64,000 nt of DNA from a virus: positions 1 through 64,000 of IMG/VR virus record IMGVR_UViG_3300045988_168563; one strand, given 5' to 3'. Numbering within the stretch: the stretch's first letter is position 1; each line of letters opens with the position of its first letter. The translations under genes and the position numbers were made by a program. Positions 8,335 through 18,005 of this stretch are shown piece after piece. Below the pieces are notes generated by a model. That model was not told the DNA's origin and did no database searches. It saw only the letters and a list, made by a program, of their open reading frames with translations.

Positions 8335-9355
8335 AGACGTTCTCGATTGAGTTCACTTCCTCGGCGTTGATCTCCTTGTAGTGTCTAACGCCTGAGGAGA
8401 GGTAGTATTCAAGCTCTGCGGCTACCTTACGCCACGATGGTACGCTGTGGTCTCCTATGGTATAGCCAACCTTGCCGCCCTTGGTCTGGTCAAACTTGAA
8501 TGCTAGAGGTCGTGGCGTGCCGTTGTTACGCACTACGATGAAGTGGAAGTCGTCAAGCTCGTAGTCCTTGAAGTCCTCGTGCTGATTCATCCTAGCCCTG
8601 ATGATGTCATAGTACATCTGAGCCTGAATGCCGTAGTTCCACTCGATGACTGACTCTGGGAAGTCGTCCTCGACCTTGCTAGTGGTCTTGAGGTCTATGA
8701 TCCTTACCAGCTTCTTAGCGTGGTCCACAGTGATGATATCAGCCATACAGCGCAATCCTACACGGCCCATCTTAGCTGTGAACTTCAGCTGGTAGAAGAT
8801 CTCTCCATCAAACACAGGTACCTCTAGGAGCTTTGATACGCCTGTATTAGCTCGTAGGGCATTGACGCAGGCCATAGCCTTGTCCAGCTGGTCCTGTGTG
8901 ATGATGTTCTTCCCCTGGGTCTTTCTCACAGCGTCAAAGTACTCAGCACATCCGTGTACGTTCTTCAGTCGTGAGGACTTGTACCTATCATCGATGTAGT
9001 ACTTACACTCAATGCAGGCCCTGTGTATCTCTTCCTCAGGTACTTCTACTACCTTGGCGTAAGTGGTTGAGGAAAGGAGAAGGTCTATCACGTCCTTCAA
9101 TTTCCCTGATGGTACGTTGTCCTCATTGGCTACCACGTACCGCTCAGGAAACTCCTCAGGCGCTGTGAAGAGACAGTCTACCAAGGACCCGAAGGTCAAG
9201 GATGCGGATGTGACCTTGTCGTCGAGGTTGTCGATCTTCCCTATACCTTCCCTGAGGAAGCGAGAGATCTTACTATACGACAAAGCCGGATCCGCACGAT
9301 AGACTTCCTCGCTCACGTCCCAAGCAAGATCTCTAAAGTCTGGATGGTTACTCAT
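8318..9355 (-). CDS. PD-(D/E)XK family exonuclease (RecE/Cas4-like recombination nuclease)
   Basis: LSYSKISRF, GSLVDCL, ADIITVD...LVRIIDLKTT and GIQAQMYYDI fit the D..(D/E)xK plus QxxxY core of phage PDDEXK exonucleases. Confidence 0.7.
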   Translation of the reverse strand: MSNHPDFRDLAWDVSEEVYRADPALSYSKISRFLREGIGKIDNLDDKVTSASLTFGSLVDCLFTAPEEFPERYVVANEDNVPSGKLKDVIDLLLSSTTYAKVVEVPEEEIHRACIECKYYIDDRYKSSRLKNVHGCAEYFDAVRKTQGKNIITQDQLDKAMACVNALRANTGVSKLLEVPVFDGEIFYQLKFTAKMGRVGLRCMADIITVDHAKKLVRIIDLKTTSKVEDDFPESVIEWNYGIQAQMYYDIIRARMNQHEDFKDYELDDFHFIVVRNNGTPRPLAFKFDQTKGGKVGYTIGDHSVPSWRKVAAELEYYLSSGVRHYKEINAEEVNSIENVYAKRL

Positions 9356-9776
9356 TGTTCTTAGTATGTTCGATAAATTCTTTGATGTCCTTTACTGTCT
9401 TGATCTCCCAGAAGTGTATCTCGAGATCCGTATTGAGCTGTTCTAGGTATTGTAGTATGAGCTTCCTCTTGACAGGATAAACGTCATTGGCGAAGCCCTT
9501 GCACTCTATGATATGCAGCTGGGTCTTCGTCATATAGACAAAGTCAGGCATGTATGTGATGGCTCTTACCACATTCACGATCTTGTACATCGATGAGTGG
9601 AAGTTGACCTTCCTAGGCTCGAACTTCTCCATGAGCGTCATCTTCTTCGGCTCGTGGATAACATTGAGTCCGTGGTTCTCACATACCTTGAAGAACCGCT
9701 CCTCTAGCTTAGAACGGAATTTGATCCCCTTGTACTCGGTCCAGGAGGCTCCCCTGATCTTCTTGTTTCCCGTCAT
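9348..9776 (-). CDS. DUF1064-type PD-(D/E)XK endonuclease (putative Holliday-junction resolvase)
   Basis: KGIKFRSKLEERFF ... ITYMPDFVYM....HIIECKG....VYPVKRKL matches the DUF1064 pattern (G..FdSk.Ea.. ; Y.aDF.y ; vED.KG ; lK.kl). Confidence 0.7.
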   Translation of the reverse strand: MTGNKKIRGASWTEYKGIKFRSKLEERFFKVCENHGLNVIHEPKKMTLMEKFEPRKVNFHSSMYKIVNVVRAITYMPDFVYMTKTQLHIIECKGFANDVYPVKRKLILQYLEQLNTDLEIHFWEIKTVKDIKEFIEHTKNNE

Positions 9777-10740
9777 GATACATTAGTGTCAGCACAACCT
9801 CTGCCATAACATCCACCCCATAGGTCTCTGCAAGATCTGATGGGTCCTTACATCCATAGTCCTTAGGTAGGACCAGGTTGATGAGCTTGGGATATTTCTC
9901 TCGCAACACCGCAGCGTAGTGCTGTCCGTTGTTGACGTTAGACTCGAAGTCGTTATCATACAATAGGTACACCTCCTCAAAGCGCTTAAAGAGATCCATC
10001 ATCACCTTGTGGTTGGGCTTGGTGCCCTCAGACTGCATAGCTGTGGCTGGGATACCTAAGGTCTTCCATAGGCACATAGCGTCCTTCCTAGATGATGTAA
10101 TGATGAGTCTCTTCCCCTGAGGAGGCAGGAGAGTCCACAGGTTCCACACTGAGGCATCGGTGTTAGATAGCCACTTGAGCTTCTGACTCTTCGGCTGGTA
10201 TACCTTGATGTGCATACGTCCATCCTTATTCTCTACATAGGCATAGGATAGTACCTCCGCTGGGAAGGTCCTATATCCACTACCTCTGTTGATACTGATA
10301 GTCTTGACAGCATACACACCGAACTCCGCAAGGTCCTTGGTGGTGATACCATAGGCAGACCAATACTTCTCATCCACCGCACTGAACTCGCGCGTAGTGA
10401 CTGATATGTCTATGATCTGATCTACAACCTCCATCTGCAACCTGTTGTGATTCTTGATAGTCTTGTTCCCGAAGTCCTCGATGAGCTTGGCTCTTGTCTC
10501 GCCTGTGAGCAAAGATATCAATTTTAACACAGACCCTGATTCGCCGGTTCCGTGATCCTTATAAAGAATGCCTCCCTTTCGACCTTTGAAGATCGAGAAG
10601 GAGGCACCTCTATCTAGTCTCATCGGAGATCTGATGAGGCAGGGGATCCTCTCCACGCCAAGGTATTCCTTGAGCATGGCGAGGTCCCGAGCTTCATCTA
10701 TGAACCGGTCACCATCTGCTGTTCCCAGTCCAAACGCCAT
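9709..10740 (-). CDS. DnaG-like DNA primase (Toprim) with C-terminal ...GDQIPF tail
   Basis: IRSPMRLDRGASFSIF....YKDHGTGESGSV (zinc-less primase N-motif), LIITSSRKDAMCLW and YLLYDNDF (Toprim E and DxD). The last 22 codons overlap the start of 9348..9776. Confidence 0.7.
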   Translation of the reverse strand: MAFGLGTADGDRFIDEARDLAMLKEYLGVERIPCLIRSPMRLDRGASFSIFKGRKGGILYKDHGTGESGSVLKLISLLTGETRAKLIEDFGNKTIKNHNRLQMEVVDQIIDISVTTREFSAVDEKYWSAYGITTKDLAEFGVYAVKTISINRGSGYRTFPAEVLSYAYVENKDGRMHIKVYQPKSQKLKWLSNTDASVWNLWTLLPPQGKRLIITSSRKDAMCLWKTLGIPATAMQSEGTKPNHKVMMDLFKRFEEVYLLYDNDFESNVNNGQHYAAVLREKYPKLINLVLPKDYGCKDPSDLAETYGVDVMAEVVLTLMYHDGKQEDQGSLLDRVQGDQIPF

Positions 10741-11798
10741 TAGAACGGAGCTGGTTCATCAAAGGGATTACCATCACCACTCACCTGGCTGTTATCACCG
10801 GACAGTGGATCATCATCCTCTTCGTCAAAGGGATTACCATCACCTGAGAGCTCAGCACTGCTTGCTGTAGCTGCACCTACGTTCTTAGGCGTGGTAGCAA
10901 ACGTAGAGATCGTGTTAGCTGCGAAGGGTGCGATAGCGTCCGTAGAGAACTGATCCTTGATAGACCCACCGAAGGCAGCGAGCTCATCGATGTGCTTAGC
11001 TACCTGCTTGTTGATATAGGTAGACTTAGCATAGGACGTGAAGAAGAGACGATTGTAGACCGACTGGTAGAATACCGATGGGTTATCCTTATCCTGTCGA
11101 GCCGTGAACATCAGCTTGATAGCACGAAGTTCACCGACCTTCACGATACCCTTGAGCTCCTTCATCTTGCCAGCAAGGAGACTCTTGATATCATCGATGC
11201 AGCATTCAGCTTCCTGAAGGTTGGCGATGGGGAGCCACTGCTTCGTGTTGCTGTCGTACTGGTGTGTCTCGGGGATCTGCAGGAATGTGCGGATGAACTT
11301 CACGAGATCTTCCTCACCACGTACAGCACGACGGAAGCCAGGGAAGATGCGAGCCTTGAAGCCGCTGTCATACACGACCTCCTGCTTAGCCTCTACCTGC
11401 TCAGCCGTAGCCCATGCGGTGTTACCATACTTATCGATCACCTGATAGCGGATAGGCTTGCCGTTGTCGCCCTTAGACTGGAAGAACTCCTTATAGAGAC
11501 GGAAGCGGATGGAAGAGTTGAGCTTACGCCCATCTGCCATCTCCTCAAGGGTCTCTACGTGGAAGACGATGTCTACATAGTCTACTGTGCGTTCTACATT
11601 ACCCTGCTCGTCCTTGTACTCTGCGGTGCCAGAATACTTAGGCTCATCACGTTCGATCTTGCGACCGAGGATCTCGCTGAGCTCAGCGTTGGTAGGGTTG
11701 ACTGCGGTGATACGTACAGGTGTGATACCTACATACACGTCACGTGCTTCTGAGTTGAGGGAGAGCGACTGATTGTTTTCGCCTTTTGCAAATGCCAT
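10740..11798 (-). CDS. putative ssDNA-binding protein (T7 gp2.5-like logic) with duplicated acidic GDGNPFDE tail ending PAPF
   Basis: Lies between primase and ATPase/helicase. The disordered acidic C-terminus carries two GDGNPFDE repeats and a terminal Phe. TAATG overlap with the primase start. Confidence 0.45.
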   Translation of the reverse strand: MAFAKGENNQSLSLNSEARDVYVGITPVRITAVNPTNAELSEILGRKIERDEPKYSGTAEYKDEQGNVERTVDYVDIVFHVETLEEMADGRKLNSSIRFRLYKEFFQSKGDNGKPIRYQVIDKYGNTAWATAEQVEAKQEVVYDSGFKARIFPGFRRAVRGEEDLVKFIRTFLQIPETHQYDSNTKQWLPIANLQEAECCIDDIKSLLAGKMKELKGIVKVGELRAIKLMFTARQDKDNPSVFYQSVYNRLFFTSYAKSTYINKQVAKHIDELAAFGGSIKDQFSTDAIAPFAANTISTFATTPKNVGAATASSAELSGDGNPFDEEDDDPLSGDNSQVSGDGNPFDEPAPF

Positions 11799-11836
11799 AA
11801 TACTTGTCTTGTTATGTTGTTATGAATGGTTCTTGA

Positions 11837-12388
11837 TTAGTTGAAGGGGAGATCATCGATAGATGAGGAGAAGGGATCTTTGTCCTCTTCCTCATGATCG
11901 TAGCTTGAAGGATGTACGAACTCCGTGGTGTCAGCATCCTCTACTGGTACGGTGTCATTGTCATCCTCTTCCTCAGGATCGAGATCTGGTGTCTCGTCTT
12001 CCTCAGGAGCATCGAGATCGGGCTGTTCTTCTTCAGTCTCTTCCTGGTCTTCCTCGCTAGGGATGACTACTACGATCTTCATCTGTTCGTCATGACTGAG
12101 GTCAGCAAACTCCTTGGGGCTAAGACCACCGGTGAGCTTCTTGAGGTGCTCAGCGTTGAGGTCAATGAGTGTCTTGTAGGATTCTTCCTCTACACCCATA
12201 GCCTCCAGCTTCTTGGCGTAGCGAGCTCGTACAGCCTCTGCCGCGCGCTGTGCTGCACGCTGGGCCTCTTCCTCGCACTTAGATGCTACTACTGTCTTCT
12301 TCTCCTCAAGACCGGCTACCTTAGCGTTGTAGTCTTCGATGACCTTGAGGATCCAGCGCATTGCTGTTACTTCTGTTCTTGATGCCAT
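11837..12388 (-). CDS. acidic coiled-coil protein ending ...SIDDLPFN (SSB-tip-like)
   Basis: ORF track; highly acidic C-terminal half; the terminal DDLPF motif is followed by one Asn. Confidence 0.55.
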   Translation of the reverse strand: MASRTEVTAMRWILKVIEDYNAKVAGLEEKKTVVASKCEEEAQRAAQRAAEAVRARYAKKLEAMGVEEESYKTLIDLNAEHLKKLTGGLSPKEFADLSHDEQMKIVVVIPSEEDQEETEEEQPDLDAPEEDETPDLDPEEEDDNDTVPVEDADTTEFVHPSSYDHEEEDKDPFSSSIDDLPFN

Positions 12389-12410
12389 GCTTATGAATTG
12401 TTAATGGTTA

Positions 12411-13196
12411 TTACTTGATCTCTGCGGCTGGCCTGGCTGACTTGGCTGCAGAGGGTTTTTCTTCTTTCTTGGGGGGCTCTACCATAGCTCCTTCTTCCTC
12501 ATAATACTGACGTGAGATGTCGAGGACTGCCTGAAGGTCGTTGTCGATGTACCTCTCCTCAAACATACCTACAGGTGACTTAGCTGGGATGGTGAAGCCA
12601 TGTCGCTTAGTCCTGCGAGTGATGAAGCGATAGATAGGTTCGTCTTCCTCATCATCAAACTCTACGTCAGTGAAGAGGGTGACGGTGACAAGCTCCAGCG
12701 GGTTAGACTGCTTGTCTACCAGCTTACCTACTGAGGAGAGCTTATATTCTGGGAACTCCAGGGTCGTGTCGTCGTCTTTCTCTACGTGCATCATCAGGAC
12801 TACCTGCAGGTCTGCACGCTGCTTAGAGAGGAAGTAGAGTAGTTCCTGGAAGTTCGCTGCCATGCGGTTGAACTTGTCGTAGCCCTTCTCTCCAGCTCGG
12901 ATAGTGTTGAAGCTCTCGTTACGCATCAGGTAGATCATATCATCGATGACTACGGTCTTAATGTGTTTCAAGTCTCCATCAGCCTTGGTAGAGGCGATGA
13001 ATCGCATGATCTTCTGATAGTTATCTGTTTCTATGTAGTTCTGCCTTTCTCGGTTGAACTTCTTCTTGTAGCCACGGAAGGGGATGTCCTTCAATGGCAC
13101 GACGTTGATGATCAGCGTCTCCTCAGGCCTGAGGTTGCGCATTGAGTAAGACTTGCCTGTACCAGTCTTACCAGCGACAATGATTGCTTTTGCCAT
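12411..13196 (-). CDS. RecA-fold P-loop ATPase (AAA_24 / Sak4-like)
   Basis: Walker A GKTGTGKS at the N-terminus, Walker B VVIDDM, size and position typical of phage Sak4-like ATPases. Confidence 0.65.
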   Translation of the reverse strand: MAKAIIVAGKTGTGKSYSMRNLRPEETLIINVVPLKDIPFRGYKKKFNRERQNYIETDNYQKIMRFIASTKADGDLKHIKTVVIDDMIYLMRNESFNTIRAGEKGYDKFNRMAANFQELLYFLSKQRADLQVVLMMHVEKDDDTTLEFPEYKLSSVGKLVDKQSNPLELVTVTLFTDVEFDDEEDEPIYRFITRRTKRHGFTIPAKSPVGMFEERYIDNDLQAVLDISRQYYEEEGAMVEPPKKEEKPSAAKSARPAAEIK

Positions 13197-13201
13197 GCTT
13201 A

Positions 13202-14326
13202 TTATTTACGAAATGTTTCTATTAGTTTGAGGTCGTCAGCTACAGATCCAGCCTCACCTTCCGGCTTCTTAGCCTCCTTGAAGAAGGCCATCGCTCCACA
13301 GAAAATAAGTCCGATCGTGCTTCCAACTTCTCCGTCCCTGTTCTTTTCGATTGATAGAAATCTGATGTTATCTCTGTACTTCTTGATATCATACCCTGCG
13401 TACTGAGGGATGTCGTGTACAGCTGGTGAGTAAATCCCCATCATAACATCAGCGTCCCTATATGTGTACTTAGTGTCAGCTAGACCTGAGCGTGTAGGTC
13501 GAGTGCGCTTAGCCTTGACAGCCTCCTGCGTCTCGTTCTCCCCTGACTGCTGCTGTACAACCACAGGTATGAACTTGTAGAAGTTAGCCGCCTTCTTCTT
13601 CAGGTACTTACTCAGTCGGTCCATAGAGGCCTTGAGGGACTCACCCTTGCTCGGCGTGATTAGAGAGAGGTGGTCGATCCAGATGATCACGTACTTGTTG
13701 TCGTCTGCAATCTTGTAGGACTCCGGTACCTTGGTAGTGGTGATCACCCCGGTCACTTCATCTGTCTCTTCCTTCTCCTCATATTCTATGGTGCCGTGCA
13801 TATCGGCGTATCTGTCTACATCATACTCTATCCTCTCCATCGTGTCAGCCGTGCTGAAGTACATACAAGACTCAAAGTATCTGAGGAAGGACTGAAAGTC
13901 CCTTGTCTCCATATACTTCTTCGTCTCCTTATCGATCTTCTTCTCAGGGTGAGTACCCTTGAGGACCGACTTAGGGACAATCTTCTTGATGTTACGATAG
14001 AGTAGGTAGCTGATGAATCTCAGCATAATATCCTCCTGTGTCTCCTCAAGAGGAAATGCTATGACATTGACCTTGATACGCCCACCAGAGTAGAACGCCT
14101 TGAGGATGGGCTCAAAAAGGAAGTAGGCACAGGTGAACTGTGATTTACCTCCATTTGAGTAAGCTGTAATCAGGTGATACGTCCCTCTCTGGATGCCAGG
14201 AAAGCTCCTCTTGAACCTCTGGAAGGACAAAGGTATGATATTCTGCTGGACATCATCTACAGCCTGAGCTGCACCAATGAGGTCCAGGACTTTATCCGTT
14301 AGTGACCTCTTCTTCATCGTACTCAT
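13202..14326 (-). CDS. DnaB-like replicative helicase (RecA-like C-terminal domain)
   Basis: ITAYSNGGKSQF (Walker A), VIIWIDHLSLI (Walker B), VVVQQQSG, SGLADTKYTYRDADVMMGIY, IEKNRDGEVG. Confidence 0.7.
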   Translation of the reverse strand: MSTMKKRSLTDKVLDLIGAAQAVDDVQQNIIPLSFQRFKRSFPGIQRGTYHLITAYSNGGKSQFTCAYFLFEPILKAFYSGGRIKVNVIAFPLEETQEDIMLRFISYLLYRNIKKIVPKSVLKGTHPEKKIDKETKKYMETRDFQSFLRYFESCMYFSTADTMERIEYDVDRYADMHGTIEYEEKEETDEVTGVITTTKVPESYKIADDNKYVIIWIDHLSLITPSKGESLKASMDRLSKYLKKKAANFYKFIPVVVQQQSGENETQEAVKAKRTRPTRSGLADTKYTYRDADVMMGIYSPAVHDIPQYAGYDIKKYRDNIRFLSIEKNRDGEVGSTIGLIFCGAMAFFKEAKKPEGEAGSVADDLKLIETFRK

Positions 14327-14561
14327 TGGGGTCTAGTTTGAGGAGAAGAGCACCTACCTCGATACGCTGATTGATGGCTCGACTCTGTGCCTTCTCAAAT
14401 AGAGCGAGCATCTTGAGTCGTGCTCCTATGATGGCTGACTTGGGTGTCTCAGCTACGAAGTGTGTGTATACAGGCTGTTCTAGTGGGTCGGTCTCGTTGT
14501 AAAGGCAGATGGTAGCCTGATAACCATCGCCATTCTTGATTACGCTTTTTGAAATCTTCAT
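14292..14561 (-). CDS. hypothetical protein
   Basis: ORF track; packed in the replication operon. Confidence 0.5.
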   Translation of the reverse strand: MKISKSVIKNGDGYQATICLYNETDPLEQPVYTHFVAETPKSAIIGARLKMLALFEKAQSRAINQRIEVGALLLKLDPNEYDEEEVTNG

Positions 14562-14572
14562 TTGTTTGTTTG

Positions 14573-14950
14573 TTATACTAGGGTTTGTGTCCAGTCCTCT
14601 TCTTCTACGATCATCTCGTCTCCGAGCTCGATCCAGTTGAGGAGGTAGGACTCGTGTTTAGGGTTTTGTGGTGTGCCTCCGTAGCTGAAGATGAAATCCT
14701 CAAGGCCTCTCAGGTAAGTCCAATCCCCTCGTAGTGAGTCGACGTACTTCTTGGTAGCCTCGATGATGACCTCTTCCTCAATCTCCCTCTCAGGGTCGAA
14801 GACGGTACGGAAGTTAGTTAGTGATATTGCTATGTTCGCTGGTGCCCCAGCAAACGGCACTGAGTAGCCTGGCCTCTTGCCCTTTGGGTAGAGTGCCCTT
14901 AGCTGTCTAGCTAGTGGTAACTCTTCAGCGCTAGATCGTATCTTACTCAT
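14573..14950 (-). CDS. hypothetical protein (possible replication-organizer-like motif LRALYPKGKRPG)
   Basis: ORF track. The YP.gKR motif is shared with the neighbour 14947..15471 (FHYKPGKRDN ... FRQKYP). Confidence 0.45.
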   Translation of the reverse strand: MSKIRSSAEELPLARQLRALYPKGKRPGYSVPFAGAPANIAISLTNFRTVFDPEREIEEEVIIEATKKYVDSLRGDWTYLRGLEDFIFSYGGTPQNPKHESYLLNWIELGDEMIVEEEDWTQTLV

Positions 14951-15471
14951 CTTAATATGTGTCTGATATTCTTGACGTGGTGGTATATGACGCTCTGGAA
15001 GTTCATATCTGCATCTACATGGGCTATCACCTTGTGCAGCTGCAGTGGCTCTATGATCGTCCTAGTACTCCTGTACTTTGATATAGCCTCTCTGAGCGAC
15101 CATATAGAAATCTGTGGGTACTTCTGTCGGAACGCTCGGATTGAGGAAGAGAGAGAGACTATATTATCCCTCTTGCCGGGCTTGTAGTGGAATAGTAGCT
15201 CTCTTGCAAGCTCTACTTCATCCATCTCCCTTACCCCATGCTTCATAGCCTTCCAGATGATAGCATCAGTCTCAGCTGTTGCAAAATATGCGCCATCTTC
15301 CTTGACGATATTCACGATGTGGCCTATCTCATTGTAGAGGTGCTCTCCGGTACCCTTAGGCGCCACGAGCATTCTACTACTCATGAGTAGCGCCATCTCC
15401 TGGTAGGTGAGCCCTATGCTCTCCAGATAAGCGTCATTGAATATGATTTGTCCAAATGAAATGTCTGTCAT
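14947..15471 (-). CDS. hypothetical protein (paralogous motif to 14573..14950)
   Basis: ORF track; 4-nt overlaps on both sides. Confidence 0.5.
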   Translation of the reverse strand: MTDISFGQIIFNDAYLESIGLTYQEMALLMSSRMLVAPKGTGEHLYNEIGHIVNIVKEDGAYFATAETDAIIWKAMKHGVREMDEVELARELLFHYKPGKRDNIVSLSSSIRAFRQKYPQISIWSLREAISKYRSTRTIIEPLQLHKVIAHVDADMNFQSVIYHHVKNIRHILR

Positions 15472-16718
15472 CTTGAGTGGTACACTTTCTGGCTATCACC
15501 GATAACCTCAAGGGCCGACTTGAGGAAATCCTCATCCCTGGTATTGTCGATACACAGGATAACTACAAGGGGCTTATCATGGCGTAGGACACGTCCCACC
15601 TTCTGAATCACACCTCGCTCCCCTGCATCGAGCTGAGAGATAACACCTACCTCACAGTCGAAGAGGTTGTATCCCTCCTGTAGCATACCTACAGCGAAGA
15701 TCTCATCGATCTGTCCGTCGTTGAAGTTGTCGAGTATTACTTGGTTGTTATTCTTCTTAGAGTGGATGCTGCACTCATAGTTGAGAGCGTCAGCCTGGTC
15801 TATTGAGGAGACGAAGCATACGAACCTCTTACCCTTAGCGCGGATGCGATCAGTGATACTCTTGATTCGTGATGTTTTAATCTCCCCTAGGACCTTCTTA
15901 CGCTCTATACAAGCGTTAAGCCACACCTGCTTGTTGTACTCTGTGGGTTGCTGATCGAAGTTGTCCTTAGCCCAGGCTACTCTGCTCTCTATGTAGTCGT
16001 AGTACTGCTTCTCCGTACAGCTGATCAGCACATTGGCTGATGGGTTGTGCTTCTTGGATAGCCAGAAGAACCTCTTGTCGTAGCCAGCCTTGACGGTGAA
16101 TGGCTTGTTGGGATCTCTGACGACCTTGATAAACTGATTGGCTACCCTGTTGTCAAGGCTAGAGTGCATCACCCAGATCTCAGGCTCCGGTAGGACACCA
16201 GACTTAATGGCGTTCTTCATGGAGACCTTGAGCTTCTTGAGTCCTGGCCTAAAGTGTCTGAGGAGAAGTACCTCGTCCTCTTTGAGGGTGGCACTGAGGA
16301 AGACAGTGTATGTGGACTTGAGATCCATGAACGCCTCCTTACGCTTGTCAGTGACTAGGTGATGTGCCTCATCAGCAATGATGAGATCGTACTCCTTACC
16401 AGCCAGTTTGTGCATAGAGTGGTAGCAATAGGTCTCGCATTCTACTCCTTCCTTCCTCAGGAACTTCTCAAACTCCGTTTCCCAATTCTTGCCGTGACCT
16501 ACCTCATTGACCAGCAAGAGCACGCTCTTGATGTCTTTGATGCAGTTGATCACTTCAATAGCCAGCGCGGACTTCCCAAAGCCTGTAGGTAGGTTGAGGA
16601 GGATATGCTTAGCCTTGTTTACCATAAGTAACCGGACTAGCACGTTGCGCATTCCTTCTCTATCCATAGGCGGTCCTTTGTAATTCTTAGTTCTTTTCTT
16701 CTTATGCTTTGTACTCAT
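15468..16718 (-). CDS. SF2 (DEAH-box, SNF2/UvsW-like) helicase
   Basis: LNLPTGFGKS (motif I), IIADEAHHL (motif II), FLSATL (III), QKVGRVLRH (VI). Start set at ATG 16718 (MSTKHKKK). The upstream in-frame ATG 16775 would read through a leader hairpin (gggggtg..caccccc, about 16742-16767). Confidence 0.75.
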   Translation of the reverse strand: MSTKHKKKRTKNYKGPPMDREGMRNVLVRLLMVNKAKHILLNLPTGFGKSALAIEVINCIKDIKSVLLLVNEVGHGKNWETEFEKFLRKEGVECETYCYHSMHKLAGKEYDLIIADEAHHLVTDKRKEAFMDLKSTYTVFLSATLKEDEVLLLRHFRPGLKKLKVSMKNAIKSGVLPEPEIWVMHSSLDNRVANQFIKVVRDPNKPFTVKAGYDKRFFWLSKKHNPSANVLISCTEKQYYDYIESRVAWAKDNFDQQPTEYNKQVWLNACIERKKVLGEIKTSRIKSITDRIRAKGKRFVCFVSSIDQADALNYECSIHSKKNNNQVILDNFNDGQIDEIFAVGMLQEGYNLFDCEVGVISQLDAGERGVIQKVGRVLRHDKPLVVILCIDNTRDEDFLKSALEVIGDSQKVYHSR

Positions 16719-16834
16719 GTTACTGATTTTCTTAGATAAGGGGGTGACCTCGTCAGAAGCCACCCCCAATACCATCAACTATAATAAGCACAACTATGTC
16801 GCCTTGGCGATACAGCTTGTCAGTAACGACAGGT

Positions 16835-16842
16835 CAAAGATA
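16835..16842 (-). promoter_or_regulatory. -7 box TATCTTTG upstream of the helicase operon
   Basis: Exact TAnnTTTG on the minus strand in the 16779-16846 intergenic gap. Confidence 0.55.
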
Positions 16843-16846
16843 AGGA

Positions 16847-17278
16847 TTATTCCTCATCCTCTTCCTTATCGTCGTCCTCCTCAGGGTCATCTTCTCCTGG
16901 GAAGGGGAACTCTACCTCCATCACATCCTCATCTCCTTCCTCAGCCACTTCGTACATCTTGACACCACTGTACAGCATACCAAAGGACTGAATGACCAGA
17001 CCCCACAGCCCAAGCTCCTCGATCCAGATGAAGATGGTCTCTGGGTATCGCTTGGTGATTCTCAGGACCTCATACAGATCCTTGTTGGTGAGGAGACAGG
17101 TATAGCAATCATCCTCAGTGTCAGTAACGCGTAGTACTTCTGAGGTGAAGCACTCCTCTCCCATGTAGGCGCATTCGTCCGTCTCATTCATCTGTAGAGC
17201 CTTGTAACACGCTACGGTGTTGTGGAGCTCGTCGATGATCTTCATTAGGTTAGTCTCCTTGACTCTTAGCTTTCTCAT
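16847..17278 (-). CDS. hypothetical acidic protein (C-terminal poly-D/E)
   Basis: ORF track; C-terminus GEDDPEEDDDKEEDEE. Confidence 0.55.
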   Translation of the reverse strand: MRKLRVKETNLMKIIDELHNTVACYKALQMNETDECAYMGEECFTSEVLRVTDTEDDCYTCLLTNKDLYEVLRITKRYPETIFIWIEELGLWGLVIQSFGMLYSGVKMYEVAEEGDEDVMEVEFPFPGEDDPEEDDDKEEDEE

Positions 17279-17374
17279 ATCTCTTATGCATTGTTATTAA
17301 ACGAGATAAGGGCCGATCCTCCCGGACAGACCCTTACAATACTTGACTTGATTCTTAAAATGATTATAGCATCA

Positions 17375-17382
17375 CAAAGGTA
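17375..17382 (-). promoter_or_regulatory. -7 box TACCTTTG
   Basis: Exact match on the minus strand, in intergenic DNA, about 97 nt upstream of ATG 17278. Confidence 0.5.
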
Positions 17383-17413
17383 GTGAATACTTTTGGTTCG
17401 TTGTTATACAGTT

Positions 17414-17438
17414 AGGGGCAGGCACTAGGCCTACCCCT
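17414..17438 (-). terminator. hairpin terminator after CDS 17446..17940
   Basis: 10-bp stem aggggtaggc/gcctgcccct (minus strand) right after the stop; no clear T tract. Confidence 0.45.
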
Positions 17439-17445
17439 ATACTTG

Positions 17446-17940
17446 TTAGTTTACTGCGTTGTGTAGCCACCATGCTAGGCTTCCCACTATTGCGAATGCT
17501 GGTACGATGATAAGTACGAAGAACATAAAGGCGTGGATCAGGTCGATCTTCTTGTCCTTACGCTCCCACATTTCATCAGTGATACCGAAGGAACGGTCGA
17601 GCTTACGCTTCCAGTCCTCTACGAAGAAGCTACCACCAGGGTACTTCTTGTACTCTCGGACGTTACCGTCCTGTCCCATGATCCAATACTTCTTAGTATC
17701 GTCCTCCATGTTGGCGATCAGGCCTTGACGACCATCGGGCCACTGCTTATGCTCAGCACCAGTCTGGTTGACCCAGCTCAGGTAGTACTCTTGGTTGAGC
17801 TTAGCGCCCTCAGGGTTGATCTGCTCGACCTTAATATCCTCAGCCTTGGTAGGGATAAATCCCTCCTTCCTCACGGTCGTACCATCAGGACCTGCGGCAC
17901 TGATAGGTTCTTCCTTGATGTATACATACTTCTTTGCCAT
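17446..17940 (-). CDS. hypothetical tail-anchored membrane protein
   Basis: ORF track; C-terminal hydrophobic helix FMFFVLIIVPAFAIVGSLAWWL. Confidence 0.55.
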   Translation of the reverse strand: MAKKYVYIKEEPISAAGPDGTTVRKEGFIPTKAEDIKVEQINPEGAKLNQEYYLSWVNQTGAEHKQWPDGRQGLIANMEDDTKKYWIMGQDGNVREYKKYPGGSFFVEDWKRKLDRSFGITDEMWERKDKKIDLIHAFMFFVLIIVPAFAIVGSLAWWLHNAVN

Positions 17941-17991
17941 ACTCTATATGATATAGTTATGTCCCTTGGCTTTTCCTCAGGACCTATGGCA

Positions 17992-17999
17992 CAAAGGTA
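17992..17999 (-). promoter_or_regulatory. -7 box TACCTTTG
   Basis: Exact match on the minus strand, about 52 nt upstream of ATG 17940. Confidence 0.55.
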
Positions 18000-18005
18000 A
18001 TACAT

